A stretch of 64,000 nt of DNA from positions 26,784,001 through 26,848,000 of the forward strand of contig JBHGNT010000002.1 of the NCBI GenBank assembly GCA_043228905.1, written 5' to 3'. This document shows, piece after piece, positions 11,093 to 23,600 of the stretch. The position numbers were made by a program, and so were the translations under genes. The notes under the pieces were generated by a model. The model was not told the origin of the DNA. It did not search any database and saw only the letters and a list, made by a program, of their open reading frames with translations. The stretch is from Azolla caroliniana. Taxonomy: Eukaryota > Plantae > Polypodiophyta. Position 1 is the stretch's first letter; each line of letters begins with the position of its first letter.

Positions 11093-13546
11093 TCAATCTG
11101 CCAATATGGCAGATTCAACATAGATATTTGACAAGACCACATAAGCTGCTGTATTTTCTGGCTTTGTTTCGAGACACTTCTTGGCTGCATGCATTCCCTT
11201 CTGCATGTCTCCATGCATTCTACATGCACCAAGTAAGGCCAACCATACAAGCACACAATTTTCCATTGATTTACATTTAATGAAGGCTTCAGCATCACCT
11301 AAACGCCCTGCCCTACCAAGAATATCAACCATACACACACAATGATCGTCGGATTGAGTGATGCTGTGATTTTTTGTCATAGACCCAAAACAGTGTATGG
11401 CAAGATCAGTCTCACCAGTATGGCTACAAACTGTTAGGATGCTGATATAAGTGATTGTATCAGGTTTAATTCCATAAAGCTCCATTTCCAAAAAGACATA
11501 TATGGCCTCTAGAATGTCGCCACTTTGTGCAAAGGCACTAATGATGGCATTGCAAAGGACAATATCCCGTTGCCACATTTTATCAAACACATCCTTTGCC
11601 TTAGTTATACTTCCACACTTCCCATACATATTAATGAGGGCTGTTGCTACGACAAGGTCTTGCTCATGCCCTAAATATACGATGGAATCATGGATTGCAT
11701 TTCCATCTTCAAAGGCTGCCAAGTTTGCACACGCATCTATCCCACATGAAAGGGAGACTTTGTCTGGCTTCATACCATGAAGTGGCATTTTATGAAAAAC
11801 ATCTAGAGCTGCTCTATCTTCTCCATTCTCAACATGCACCGCTATATAAGCATTCCAAACAGAAATGTCCTGTAATTTCATCTTCTCAAATGTATCTCCT
11901 GCCTTGTGTAAATCCCCACACTTACCATACATCCTGATAAGAGAAGTTCCAACAAAAACATCATGGTGTTCAGGAAGATGAGCAACAGAAATATATATTT
12001 CATGCCCTTTCTCCAAAGATTTGATGCTTGAGCATGCATCAAGAATAGCAGTAAAGGTAATGTTGTCTGGTGATATGCCTTCCATCTGCATTTGTTGAAA
12101 CAGAGACAAAGCACTTTCGTTCTGCTCTTCCCTGGCAAACGCAGTGATCATTGCATTCCATGAAAACACATCGCGTGAACACATTTCAAAGAACAGCTTT
12201 TTTGCATCATGTAAGTTACTACATTTTCCATACATGTTTATAAGAACATTCTCAAGCATTATATCAGCAATCTGATTATTATGTAGAAGGACATGATGGA
12301 CCAAATGCCCTTCCTCTAATGCAGATAAGTTGGCGCAAGCATTGATTGCACAAACAAAGGTGACATTATCAGGCTTCAAACCTTCATGTTGCATGTCATC
12401 AAACAAACATAGAGCTTCATCATCTTCTTCATTTAGAGAAAGGACAGTAATCATGGCATTCCAAGAAACAACATCATGCAATGACATTCTTTTGAACAAG
12501 CTCTTAGCATCAGCAAGGCTCCTACATTTTCCATACATGTTGAGGAGGGTGTTACCTAAAGAAATGTCTTGCACAATTCCAGAGTTGTTAACTAAAGTAT
12601 GAACTTTTTTCCCCTCTAGCAAAAGCTCTAGGTTTGTACATGCATCCAATGCACATACAAATGAAATATTGTTAGGCTTGATACCTCGGTAATGCATTTC
12701 ATTGAAGAGAAATAGAGCCATGTGGCTATACCTGTTTTGGGCATAAGTGGTAATCATGGCATTCCAAGACACGATATCTTGAGAGGTCATCTGGTCAAAT
12801 ACAGTTCTTGCATATACCACTCTTCCACATTTTCCATACAAAGTTACAAGTGAGGTTGCAATCACAATGTCTACTTCAAACCCATGAACCAAGATGGAAC
12901 CATGAACCTCAAGCCCTATCTCAAAGGATGCAAGATTGGAGCATACATTGAGAATAGACACAAAAGTGATCTTATCTGGCTTTACATCTTTTGAAAGCAT
13001 TTGGAGATAGAAATCTAGGGCCTCATTGTATCGCCCCCATTGGGAAAAAGCTTTTATCAAAGCATTCCATGACACAATATCCCAACATGGCATCGCCCAA
13101 AATACTTTTATAGCTTTATCTAACCAACCATTGTGGCCCAAAGCTTTTAGAAGAATGTTGAAAGAGAAAACATTAGGATAGTCAATTTTGGCAAACACAT
13201 ATTCCACTTCTTCCATACTTCCACAATTCCCATACATTTCAATGACCCAATTTGCAATAAAAGTAATATGATCGAACCCAAGTGAAGTGATTTGTGCATG
13301 CACGATTTGACCTTGGAAGAGTGCTTTGGATTTACCATGACTTCTCAAAAGAGAAGCAAGGAAATCATACATATCAGGGTCCCTTTCAAAGTAAGGTCTA
13401 TTAAGCACATAATTGCATGGTTCCTCTGTTTTTTTCTGAGGCAATACGGCATCGTTAACTTTGATTCTCGCCCATTTACCATCAAAATTTGATGCTATAG
13501 CCATCGAAGGTCCATGCTGTTTACCATAAGATTCGATGGATTTCAT
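11093..13546 (-). CDS. PLS-class PPR protein with E domain (organellar RNA-editing factor-like)
   Basis: 817-aa ORF with P-L-S triplets (NMYGKC, DVVSWNAMI, PDNVTF), ending WLALLGACRMHG...AAYVVLSNIY. No DYW domain. Confidence 0.95.
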   Translation of the reverse strand: MKSIESYGKQHGPSMAIASNFDGKWARIKVNDAVLPQKKTEEPCNYVLNRPYFERDPDMYDFLASLLRSHGKSKALFQGQIVHAQITSLGFDHITFIANWVIEMYGNCGSMEEVEYVFAKIDYPNVFSFNILLKALGHNGWLDKAIKVFWAMPCWDIVSWNALIKAFSQWGRYNEALDFYLQMLSKDVKPDKITFVSILNVCSNLASFEIGLEVHGSILVHGFEVDIVIATSLVTLYGKCGRVVYARTVFDQMTSQDIVSWNAMITTYAQNRYSHMALFLFNEMHYRGIKPNNISFVCALDACTNLELLLEGKKVHTLVNNSGIVQDISLGNTLLNMYGKCRSLADAKSLFKRMSLHDVVSWNAMITVLSLNEEDDEALCLFDDMQHEGLKPDNVTFVCAINACANLSALEEGHLVHHVLLHNNQIADIMLENVLINMYGKCSNLHDAKKLFFEMCSRDVFSWNAMITAFAREEQNESALSLFQQMQMEGISPDNITFTAILDACSSIKSLEKGHEIYISVAHLPEHHDVFVGTSLIRMYGKCGDLHKAGDTFEKMKLQDISVWNAYIAVHVENGEDRAALDVFHKMPLHGMKPDKVSLSCGIDACANLAAFEDGNAIHDSIVYLGHEQDLVVATALINMYGKCGSITKAKDVFDKMWQRDIVLCNAIISAFAQSGDILEAIYVFLEMELYGIKPDTITYISILTVCSHTGETDLAIHCFGSMTKNHSITQSDDHCVCMVDILGRAGRLGDAEAFIKCKSMENCVLVWLALLGACRMHGDMQKGMHAAKKCLETKPENTAAYVVLSNIYVESAILAD

Positions 13547-14869
13547 CTTACGCCATTGGCCCTAAATTTTTTGAAGCTCCCAAGCGTCCCAGTTTCCAAC
13601 AAAAAACCGTGGAAAGTCTGTAACTCTGTTTAGATTGAGCAGTTAAATGGTTAGTACAGCTCTGAGTGATCCACCTATTGGGAAACATACGTTGAAAACT
13701 CTAAACAGAGGGAGAGGATATTTGAAGAAACAGAGACTGAAATTTTACAAAATAATAGGCCTATGATTTTTTTTTAAAAACAAGCCAATTTGTCTCTAAC
13801 ATCATTTGATATTCTACCAAGTCTAATGGAATCGATCCTCGCCAATTCACAAATTTCACTCCCAACGGATCGAAAGTGTCGATGGCAACTTATCTTATTT
13901 TCGTTGTCCTAAAACCTCTCGATCTTGTTGGTGCTTTACCCTATCTAGAAAACCCATGACTTCTCCATGTCAATGATCTATTGACGATCATACTTCCTTG
14001 TCAAGATGGAGCTTTGTACCTCATGTCACGAGATACCTCTCGTCCCTAAGCTCCAGATCCCATTGTGTGATAAATCAATAGTGTGCTCCTATAGCCTAGG
14101 GGAACTTGTTTGTTTGCTCCTAGAGTTACTACATATTGAAACAATGATTGCTTCAATGTTGTGAAGCAAATTTTAAACGTAAGACCCTTGGCTTAAACCA
14201 CAATGTTGTAAAGCCACCGTCATCCATAACATATTTTGAATTTCACTTGTGTCAAACTCCACTTGTGCAATTTGTTTGTCCCTCAACACTCTTATTTGTA
14301 TTGACAATGGCCTCAAACTATGTCGTTAAGCATCCAGTTACTTGGACACCTTCAACGCTTATTTGAGCAAGCCACTAATAAAGTATGTCTTCGTCATGTT
14401 ACGATAGATTTGGTTGAGGACAAGAGCAAGTCTAGTTGTTACTTTCTTGACATCCTTCATATGATAAGACTAAACATTTTGACATCTTTCACATCATATA
14501 AAGCTTTGGTAGTCTAGTTCAAATTATTTTTTCGCATGGTAGAGTCCTTAATAACTTATCTATTGATGCATGGATACTTTTCATGTCAACAACTATTCAA
14601 CTTCTTATTATAAGTTTGTTGTGGTATGAAACAAATTTTTTAATCCTCATTACTAAGGATAAACTAGTAATCACATATGTGACACTATATCAAGGAGCTC
14701 ATACAAAACACATGCAATGAGAACGATGATTGCAATGTACAACCTTGCCTAGCTGCTTTGTTCTCGTACTATCCGGGGATCCGACTATGGTTTGATTCAT
14801 GGTGTCAGTCTATGCAATGTGCTGATATAGAAGGAACATGTAATAATCCAAGATGTAATCTAATTTCTG

Positions 14870-17272
14870 TTAGCAATGGGAGAGATCTTTCCAACTTAAA
14901 TGGCTCTGACAATTCATCGGCATCGCAATCAGCATCTCATCCGCCCTCAGAGTGCTGCCTTCAGATTCATCTTCTTGATGACTCCTCTTTGATGTGTTGA
15001 TGTGAGATAGAGAGGGATATGATACAGTTGGGAACTTTCCAAATGAGGAAACCAAGCATTCATTACTCACTTCTGACACTAAATCATCAACCTCCAACCT
15101 AACACTCTTAAGCTCAGCGAGGTTCGTTGCTTTGCAACCAAATGTTGCCTCTGCTCTCTCCAGAATTGATTGCAAATACTTGCTCTGAGCTTCCATTCGC
15201 ATTTGAATCTGTCTCTGGACCTACCAAAACAAATACATTGGGAGCTTTTGTTACAGTTTATAGATGTCAAAGAGACCATTGCTTCCATTGACAAGACCGA
15301 TGAGTTTTACCTCCAACTGTTCTTGTAGTTGTTTTTGCAAATCCATCTGAGCTTTCAAGGCATTGGCTATCTCTGAGGATCTGCAAAGTATGGTATCAAA
15401 ATCCCACGTCTATCAAGCTAGAATGATGTAGCTACAGATCATTTCTCTTGCCGAAACATGTCATGACTTAAGAGCATAAGCACATGGATATTGTTATTAT
15501 TAGGGATTAACTAACGCTGGAGTAGGAAGTCCATTAGCTATTGCACACTGATGGTCTGGACATAAAGACTCATCAGACTTTATGGCATAATAAAAGGTAG
15601 GCTGCCATTGTGCACAATTTTTTAATCTATTCAATCAGTACTGTCCCTAAATCTAACTACCATGAAGCCTATCCAATAGCCAAATGAGCCTAAACTAGCC
15701 TTAATTAACTCTAACCAGTATAGTTCTGCGTATGCTCATAACAAAACTTCTGCAAATGCTGAGTGCAGTGAGAACAAAGATCAAAACCTTACTCTCTGTT
15801 TTTCATCAGCTTCATAGAGGGATTTTGGCCATCTGTTGATACATTTGAGGTTCCACCTAAAAGTTCCAAACAATATAGTTAAGCATCATGATTCATAACA
15901 ATGTAAGGCACGATATCTAAATTCTTAGAGTTAAGATACCCTTCTTGCATTGAGCATATAGCTTTCCTAACCTTCTTTTGTAGATTCACTGCGGGCATCT
16001 CTTACACTAGGCTGCTTTCCAAGCCTATATTTCTGTACATATCATCATCGCAATGATAAGGCACTACAGACGAAAGTATTAAGTTTTGTATTAATTAATG
16101 CCATCAAATAATGAACTTCCCCAATAGAAAATCGTAATTCATACCTGGAGATGGCTTTTGAGGTGGTACAGAGTGAGTCCTTTAACATTCATTATCTTCA
16201 TGACAGACTTGGGAGTGGCCTCTAAACCAAATACAACTCAAATTGTTTAGGATGAGAAAATTATTCATCACAGTTAGAAACATTAGCCATTGACTAGAAA
16301 CAGGCAAACAAGCATATCATGTTGACTAGAATGGAAGATCCACATAAGTATGTCTTATGTGACTGAAAAACAGAGATTGTGTAAGGAATGAAACCCACAT
16401 ATGAATGTAACTATTACTTTAGGGTTTATCGTGCTGTTGAAAGATGAGCCCTAAGTTTGGCTGACAACATTGGGTCTATTTTGAGACTAGTCTAGATCAA
16501 GCAAGGAGTCACCAATTCTCAGGATGATTTTGTTTTTCCTACTTCGTCTGTTCATATGCTTCTTCTGTCAAGTAGTCACCAATTCTCATCTCGCACCACC
16601 ATTATCGGGTTATGAAGAATCATCCTTTGTGTTTACACACATTCTGATGGCATTGACTCTCCTCACAACTAGTAATCTTGTGAGCCAGTCTCTGAGTAGA
16701 TGTTTCCCATATCACAACTAGTTACATATAGCATGCATTTTGGTTCAGGGATGTGCACAAAATAGCCTGAGCTTGCTGCCATTACAAGAATGGATGGAAT
16801 GTACGCATAGATGGCCCTTATAAATATCCATATAAACCCGAAGGTGTACAGTTTCAAACCGTAGCCATCCAGAGTTGTGTGTGTTTCCACTTAAACAGGT
16901 TAGACATCGTGCGAAATCAGAGATGACAGTGCGCATACCCTGCTAATAAATCTTAGGCCCTAATCCATCGCAATGTGGATGGATGGCATAGTAGTGTGAG
17001 AATGTCCAATAACAATCCATCTTTGTGTGTGAGAAGAACTTACTTTCTGATCCGCCCAGTTGGGCGACTGCATTTACGAATCGTTCATGGAGCTCTGGTG
17101 TCCATCTGAGCCGCGGCTTTGGATCCATCATCGAATTCGCAACCATATTAATAGTATTTGCATCTTCGGCAGCAGCATCATAAAGATGTTTTGTTCCAGA
17201 TATCATCATCAATTCCTCATGAGTCGACAATATATCAGCTGGTGTCTTCTTCTTCTTCTTCTTCTCTGTCAT
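14870..17272 (-). CDS. MYB-CC (PHR1-like, GARP) transcription factor, 6 exons, ~283 aa
   Basis: Exons 17272-17044, 16221-16145, 16032-15972, 15856-15793, 15380-15311, 15220-14870, all GT-AG and in frame. Motifs [20 protein letters not shown]...[14 protein letters not shown] and coiled coil [38 protein letters not shown]. Confidence 0.92.
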
Positions 17273-20200
17273 TGCTAGGGTTTCATCAAATTGCTGACAT
17301 ACAAATTTAAGTTCTAACCTCGAAAATATGGATGCCCCAGAAGAAGATTTTTGTGGTTATTATCAAAGAATCAAAGCCTAAAGGCTGGAATGGCTTTCAT
17401 GTGTTGGATACAAAATCCATCCTTCCAAAAATTTCAATTCTGGACTGCTTAAAACCTGCATAAAGAATTTGATATACTCAAAGGATCGGGTTAGCAAGGT
17501 GAAGTGACAAAGAAGAACAAACGAATGAAGAAGAAGAGGAAGAAGATAGAGGTGGAGATGGGTTCTTCTGTGAAGAAGAAGAAGAAGAAGTGATTTGCTT
17601 GGTTTTTCTTCTTTTTAGTTCATATTTTGTTGTTTGTTAGGATGAGATAGTAAGGGAGGAATAAACACAAGTTCCTCTGTTTTTTTTTATGTACATAGTG
17701 GATAGAGTGCCTCCTCTGTTTTTAGTGGAGAGTGCTTCCCCTGTTTCTAGTGGATAGTGCCAACATTTTGTGGCCATTCCATTCAATGGTTGGTTTTCCA
17801 TTTCTTCACACACAACACATTATCCATCCATCCCATAACTACATACTAGGGAAGGATGGAAGGGAAAGGGAAAGGGAAGGAAGGGGGTTGGCCAAAGGGT
17901 GACCGCCTTGCCCTGCCCTGCCCCACCCTTTGGCCGACCAAAGAAAGAACTCCTCCTGAAACCACGCTCCTCGTCACCCAACGCCCATCCCACTCCACCA
18001 GATGAGCCTGGTCTGGCACACACACCATGTATAGTAGTTGAAAAAGGAGCTTCATCGTTTTTCTTTGTGCAAAAGTTGCCCACAACCCTTCCTCCAATTC
18101 TGAAAGGGCCAAACCTTAGAAGGAGATCCATCTTCATTGGCTTGGAATGCATGGGTAGTTTTCTGAATTATGTGTCCAACGCTAACCGTCCGAATCATCC
18201 CTTATTAAGCATACATGCATATGCATCCAAGAGCTCCTTGGATTGAAATCATGTTGCATTCTTGATTCCACAAATTTGTGCGCCTTTTTTTCTAAATCTT
18301 ATCTTGCTTTAGTTATTAACACACACAACATGTTGCATCACATATAACGAGAAATAAGTGAAGCAAACACAACTAGACATGAGCAAGCAAGGAAACTTAA
18401 TGAAACATGTGGATCTTTAACCCCTTGGCCAAGACTTTTGGGGTTTCCATCATTGAGATTTGAAACTAACTTTACGAGAATTTCGGAATCACGCATTTGT
18501 GTACATGTCAAATTTTCTAGCATTATCTCCCGCAAACCTATTATTTTGAGAAGCCCACCCCATTAAAAGGACATGAAAGCATACTTCTCATCCCGACCTT
18601 TTATTTTGACAAAAAACAACTTGATACTTTCACAATTCACTTATAAGAAGGAAATGTGCCTCTATCTATTTCAACATGACTCATCATCACCATGCACAAA
18701 AAAATCATCATTAACTTCTTTGTTATGAAACCTTCTCTTTGGTGATTGTTTACGTTATACATTTTTCTTTGATGCAGTAGTAAACAAGAGGTTTTGTATT
18801 AGATTGTGTAAAACACATGTTTTATCAATGCAATGCATATTCACAACCAAACCAATGTTGCATGAAGAGCATAGATCCTAAACTTGTTTCTTTCACATTG
18901 ATTGCAAAGCAAAGAGTTAAAAGAAAAACATACATCCATCCAATGCACACAAATAATGTGGTCTCATCCATTCGAATTGGATTTTACTATGTAAATGAAA
19001 CTTTTGGTCAAACCTGCGTACACACACACACACACACACACACATACATATCCTTCTAAATTTGCACATGCACATTACGCTATACACTATATGGAGCATT
19101 AAATTGAATTCAACATTTAGAGGCACGACTTTATTTTAGATAATAAATGTGACATGATTTACATGTAAATATTTTTTATCCAATTGTCATTTCTTATAGA
19201 AAACAATAACGAAAAACATTAAAAATGTGCCTTTATCGCAAACTATTGGTGTATGGTCCTTTGAAAAACATAGATTGTTAAGATTCATGAACCTTGGGAA
19301 TTTAACTATTTAGGTATTAATATACTGATCAGATTCAATGGCTTGGATGCACATGTCAACTAAAATAATTGAGCCCTCTAGGATTTTGGGGATATATACA
19401 TGGCTCTTTTCTAGACAAACATTGCAATAATCATGACTTCATAAAATGTTTTGTATTTAAATTGATTATTGAAGGTTTAAAACATCAAACCATGGCATAA
19501 ATTCATTAGATACTTTTGGATGTCAATGCATACGTAATTTGAAGAAAGGGACTTATGTGATTACAAGAGGCCTTGAGAAAAGTATTGTCGAATGCAAAAT
19601 ATTTAATGATATAAATCTCATTAAAAAATGATGTGCATTTGATCTAATAGACCCTCATGAGGGATTGATTGACCTCATTTTCAAGCTTAAAATCTAGCTC
19701 AACTCAAGAAAAAATAGAAACCAAAGCAAGGACATCACCACCCATAAAGAAGTTATAGGCACTCATATAGAATCCAATGTTCATAAAAAGTGCAACAATC
19801 TCTAGAGAATTGGAGATCACTATGCATGGTCATTCACAGGGTACCACCTCTGAAAAAGGATAATGATATCCATGAAACGAAGAAAACCTATCTTTGCAAA
19901 GTGCATTTCAACAAGACTCGTTGTATTACAGAATTCATAACACTAGAAACGAAAAAAAACATGACCTAAATCATCTGATGTACAATCCATGTGTGTATGG
20001 TTCATTTAGATTTCATTCAAGTGAGAGGTAATTCAAATTAAAACACTAATCACTGAAGGAAACCTCAATCCGAATACAAAGTGTTATTACAAGCAAATAG
20101 AGCTCAATATATAATCCATTGAATCCAACTAATTAAGATTAAAGATGAGCTGCAAGTTGAAAGGATAGGTGCGACAAAGAAATTGCAAGTACTATTGGAA

Positions 20201-20619
20201 TGGCTATGATACTAAATCAAACAGACGTGAAAGGAGAATCAATAGTTGGTAAGGTACTAACGAATGGAGATGCATCCACATGCACATTAGGATATTGCAA
20301 AGGTTATCAAAATATGACATCGAGGGTTCATGCTGACCATGGTGACATAGGAATTGGCAAGATTATTAGATCCAGCATTAAAATATTGTTATTTTTCATG
20401 TTTCCTCTTTTTTGACACAATTGATCTTCATGATTTTCAGAAGAGATACAGAAGTTCAGATGATCCACACGACCTCTAATGGCTTTATATGGAAGTGCTC
20501 ATCCTCCTATACTAGTAAGTATTCTTTGGGATGAAAGTTTCTTCAGTTTTATACAGAGCAAAGAAAATATAAGATAGATGATGTATGAAGTGATTGATAT
20601 ATTCCATTTACCTTGAATT

Positions 20620-23600
20620 TCACGTTTCTCCGTCTACATTGAGCACATCCGGACATGGTGCAACTATAATTAGGTACTGTGGAATAAAGCGATTTAGATA
20701 TCCCATTGATAACCAGAACATGTGCTTAAGAAGCTTATTGCTTTACCTTTCCTGTAATGGGGTGTGTGAATGAAAGCTTGTATGCATGCAGATTATAACC
20801 GCACTCACCAGGAACAACATTCAATGGTTTCTTGTAGCCCCTATATCCATCAAGCCCATTACATACAAGCTGATAAGATTATTATTAAAAGAATCATATC
20901 AATGAAACAAAATGAATAAAATTGAACTTGCCCATCATCTGGATTTGTTTGACTCTCTTCTGTTAACTCTAAGGAGCTCTCATTAGGCTTACCACCAGAG
21001 ATGTAAAGTGTATCACCTATTCAAACACCAATTCAATACTCATACGTTGCTGATTTATTAGTGAATCACTGAACATTTTCTCCATGTACATAACAACATA
21101 TCTCAATTTCACACAATGAATACAAAATAATTCTCATTCAATGCTATAATATACCTACTAGAGGATGACCAATATATGCTAAATGGATCCGAATTTGATG
21201 AGGCCTTCCAGAGAATATTTCCACCTAGCCAAAGACAGCATGATATTATCGTTACTTTCAAAATGCTTTCAGCATAAATTAAGCCTTCCATTTAAGTTGC
21301 CAAGAAAAATGAATAATATTAAGATCTCTAATATGCTTTCCATGGAAAGTGAGAGGGATCCCATTTGTGAATGTATTAAGTAAATGGAGATTCAATCAAA
21401 TTCTTATTATTAGTTTGATGAATTTCAAATTTACATAGCTCAATTCTGCAGTATTACATTGAAAGGAGACAGGTAAGATCTCTGCGTCTGAGCTGGAAGA
21501 TGACAGAAGTGCATCATTTAGAATCTGCAGCTCTCAGGAGGGAGGAAAGGCCTAATTGACAGTGATGACATGTTTCCCACAACTATTATCTCTATATCAA
21601 ACCTTGACGTCCTCGTGGTATTTCCCATCATTCTAATTATTGTTGTGCTTCATAGCTCTTTGAGTTCCTTAAAATTGTTAGGCATCTTTAATGAGGCTTT
21701 CTATTTTGCAACTCATCAACAATGGGAATGTGTAGTTTCAGAGTTGGTTGAGTCATGGCTCATGAACAAACCTCTCTCCTAGCATGCAATTATTTGATGA
21801 AATGGCAAGATATAGTGTCCGAGCCAATTAAACAGCTACTGAGCAACTCTATAAGATTCACATGGATGTAATTATTTTTGGTCTCATATGTTAAGATAAC
21901 ATTTCTTGTAACTCAGTCTGGAAAGCGGAACAAGAGACTGCTGAATAAAATGAATCAGAAAGCATCTTGCTTCGACCAAGCTCATCATGTAAAAGCAATT
22001 GATTGGTGCCATATGTCATTCTGATTAGTGGTTCACTTAACCTCCTTTTGCACAATCGCGGGAAGTGTATCTGTATTCCTTCAATTGTACAAAGGCTAGA
22101 AATGACTAAACAAATGGGTGGACAGCCGACAGAAACACAGGAAATATGAATGTGTGACTTGACTCCATAACATTACCTTGAACCATGTCCAGGCAGCAGC
22201 CATTGACACATGCACTTAAAAGTCATGAGCCCACATTCCTTAAGAACATACCTTTGCAATTCACATGCTTCTGCCAACCATGCACAATTTAACTATTAAC
22301 AACCTCGTATTCTCTTATTATCTTAAAAGAGGCTAGGGAGAATAATACAGATGACCAAAATGACAGATTGCCCAGCAGTATAGACATTGTCTTCTGCAAA
22401 CTATGCATAATTTGGCACATAACAACCTCAAATCCTCCTACTTGCTTATATAAGGTTAGGGAGAATTCAGATTGAACCAAAATCAGGAGATTTTCAATGG
22501 CACATGATTTTGCATCCCAAACCCCCATCCCTTGCGTACCCTGTGACTGAATCTAGGGTCTATTAGCAATCCATATTCCAATTCATGAGATGGATTACTC
22601 TCTCATGTCAGTTGATCATTCACACGGTTGGCATATCATAGTCTGGAAATACCTCATTTCATATGCGTGACTACAGAGCACTCTCAAGGAATTGCATATC
22701 AAATGGAAAAAATTGCATCATATGTTTTGGATAAGACACTTTCATTACTGATAGTTTGTGTTATCCAAAAAATGTATGAATTGTCATAGCCTTCGGTACT
22801 GAGAGCTTTCAATATTTAGTGTCTTGTTTACTGAGTGTGATATACCATGCATCTGCAATATTCTAACTGTTATGTCAGATACCCTTGAACTATATATTAA
22901 TATCAAATCTGCAAAGTTATTGGGTTTCAGAATTTCTATGTGCAAAAGGGGTATAATGAACAATACCTCCACCAACGTGCAGTTACCCTCCAGATTACGA
23001 GACAGTACTTTAACCTTGCTCTGTGATGGTTTGCCTATAATCATAAATGAGACCAATGCAGATTTATATAGATGTCTCCAATTGATATGCATCATCATTC
23101 AGAGAAGAGATATTTCAAGATAAGCACATTGTCAGCCTTTTAACAAGAGACCATGGAAAGAAAAAAGCCTTTCATAGAGGATTCTCAATTATCAGATATG
23201 ATGTTTACTGGCACAATCAAACCTGTGTCACATACACGGACATGTACTTCTTTTTAGTTGACTTTCTGTTGCAGAGGTAGCAACAGCAGATTATAAATAT
23301 AGCTACATGTTTATACTTAGGAAGACAACATTGGCGAGATGGGCATACATGAATGGATAAACACACAATCTCAATCCACAATTATAGAAATAGACTAGGT
23401 AAGGTTATTATAGTGTAATCAACTACGTTGAATAGTATGTACTCATTTGGAAACACTCACAGTTGAGGACGATTCTAATGATGCCTAGAAAGAAACTTTA
23501 TTATGACGACATAATATCACAACTATAAAATTTGAGGAGATTAACCAAGCTTCAAATTTTGTGCCATAACAAGTTTTCATGCAAAAATGGTCCTTCAATT

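Noticed and set aside
17820-18246. Several 88-115 aa ORFs upstream of the MYB-CC gene
   Set aside because: GC- and purine-rich promoter-like sequence with no recognisable protein motifs.
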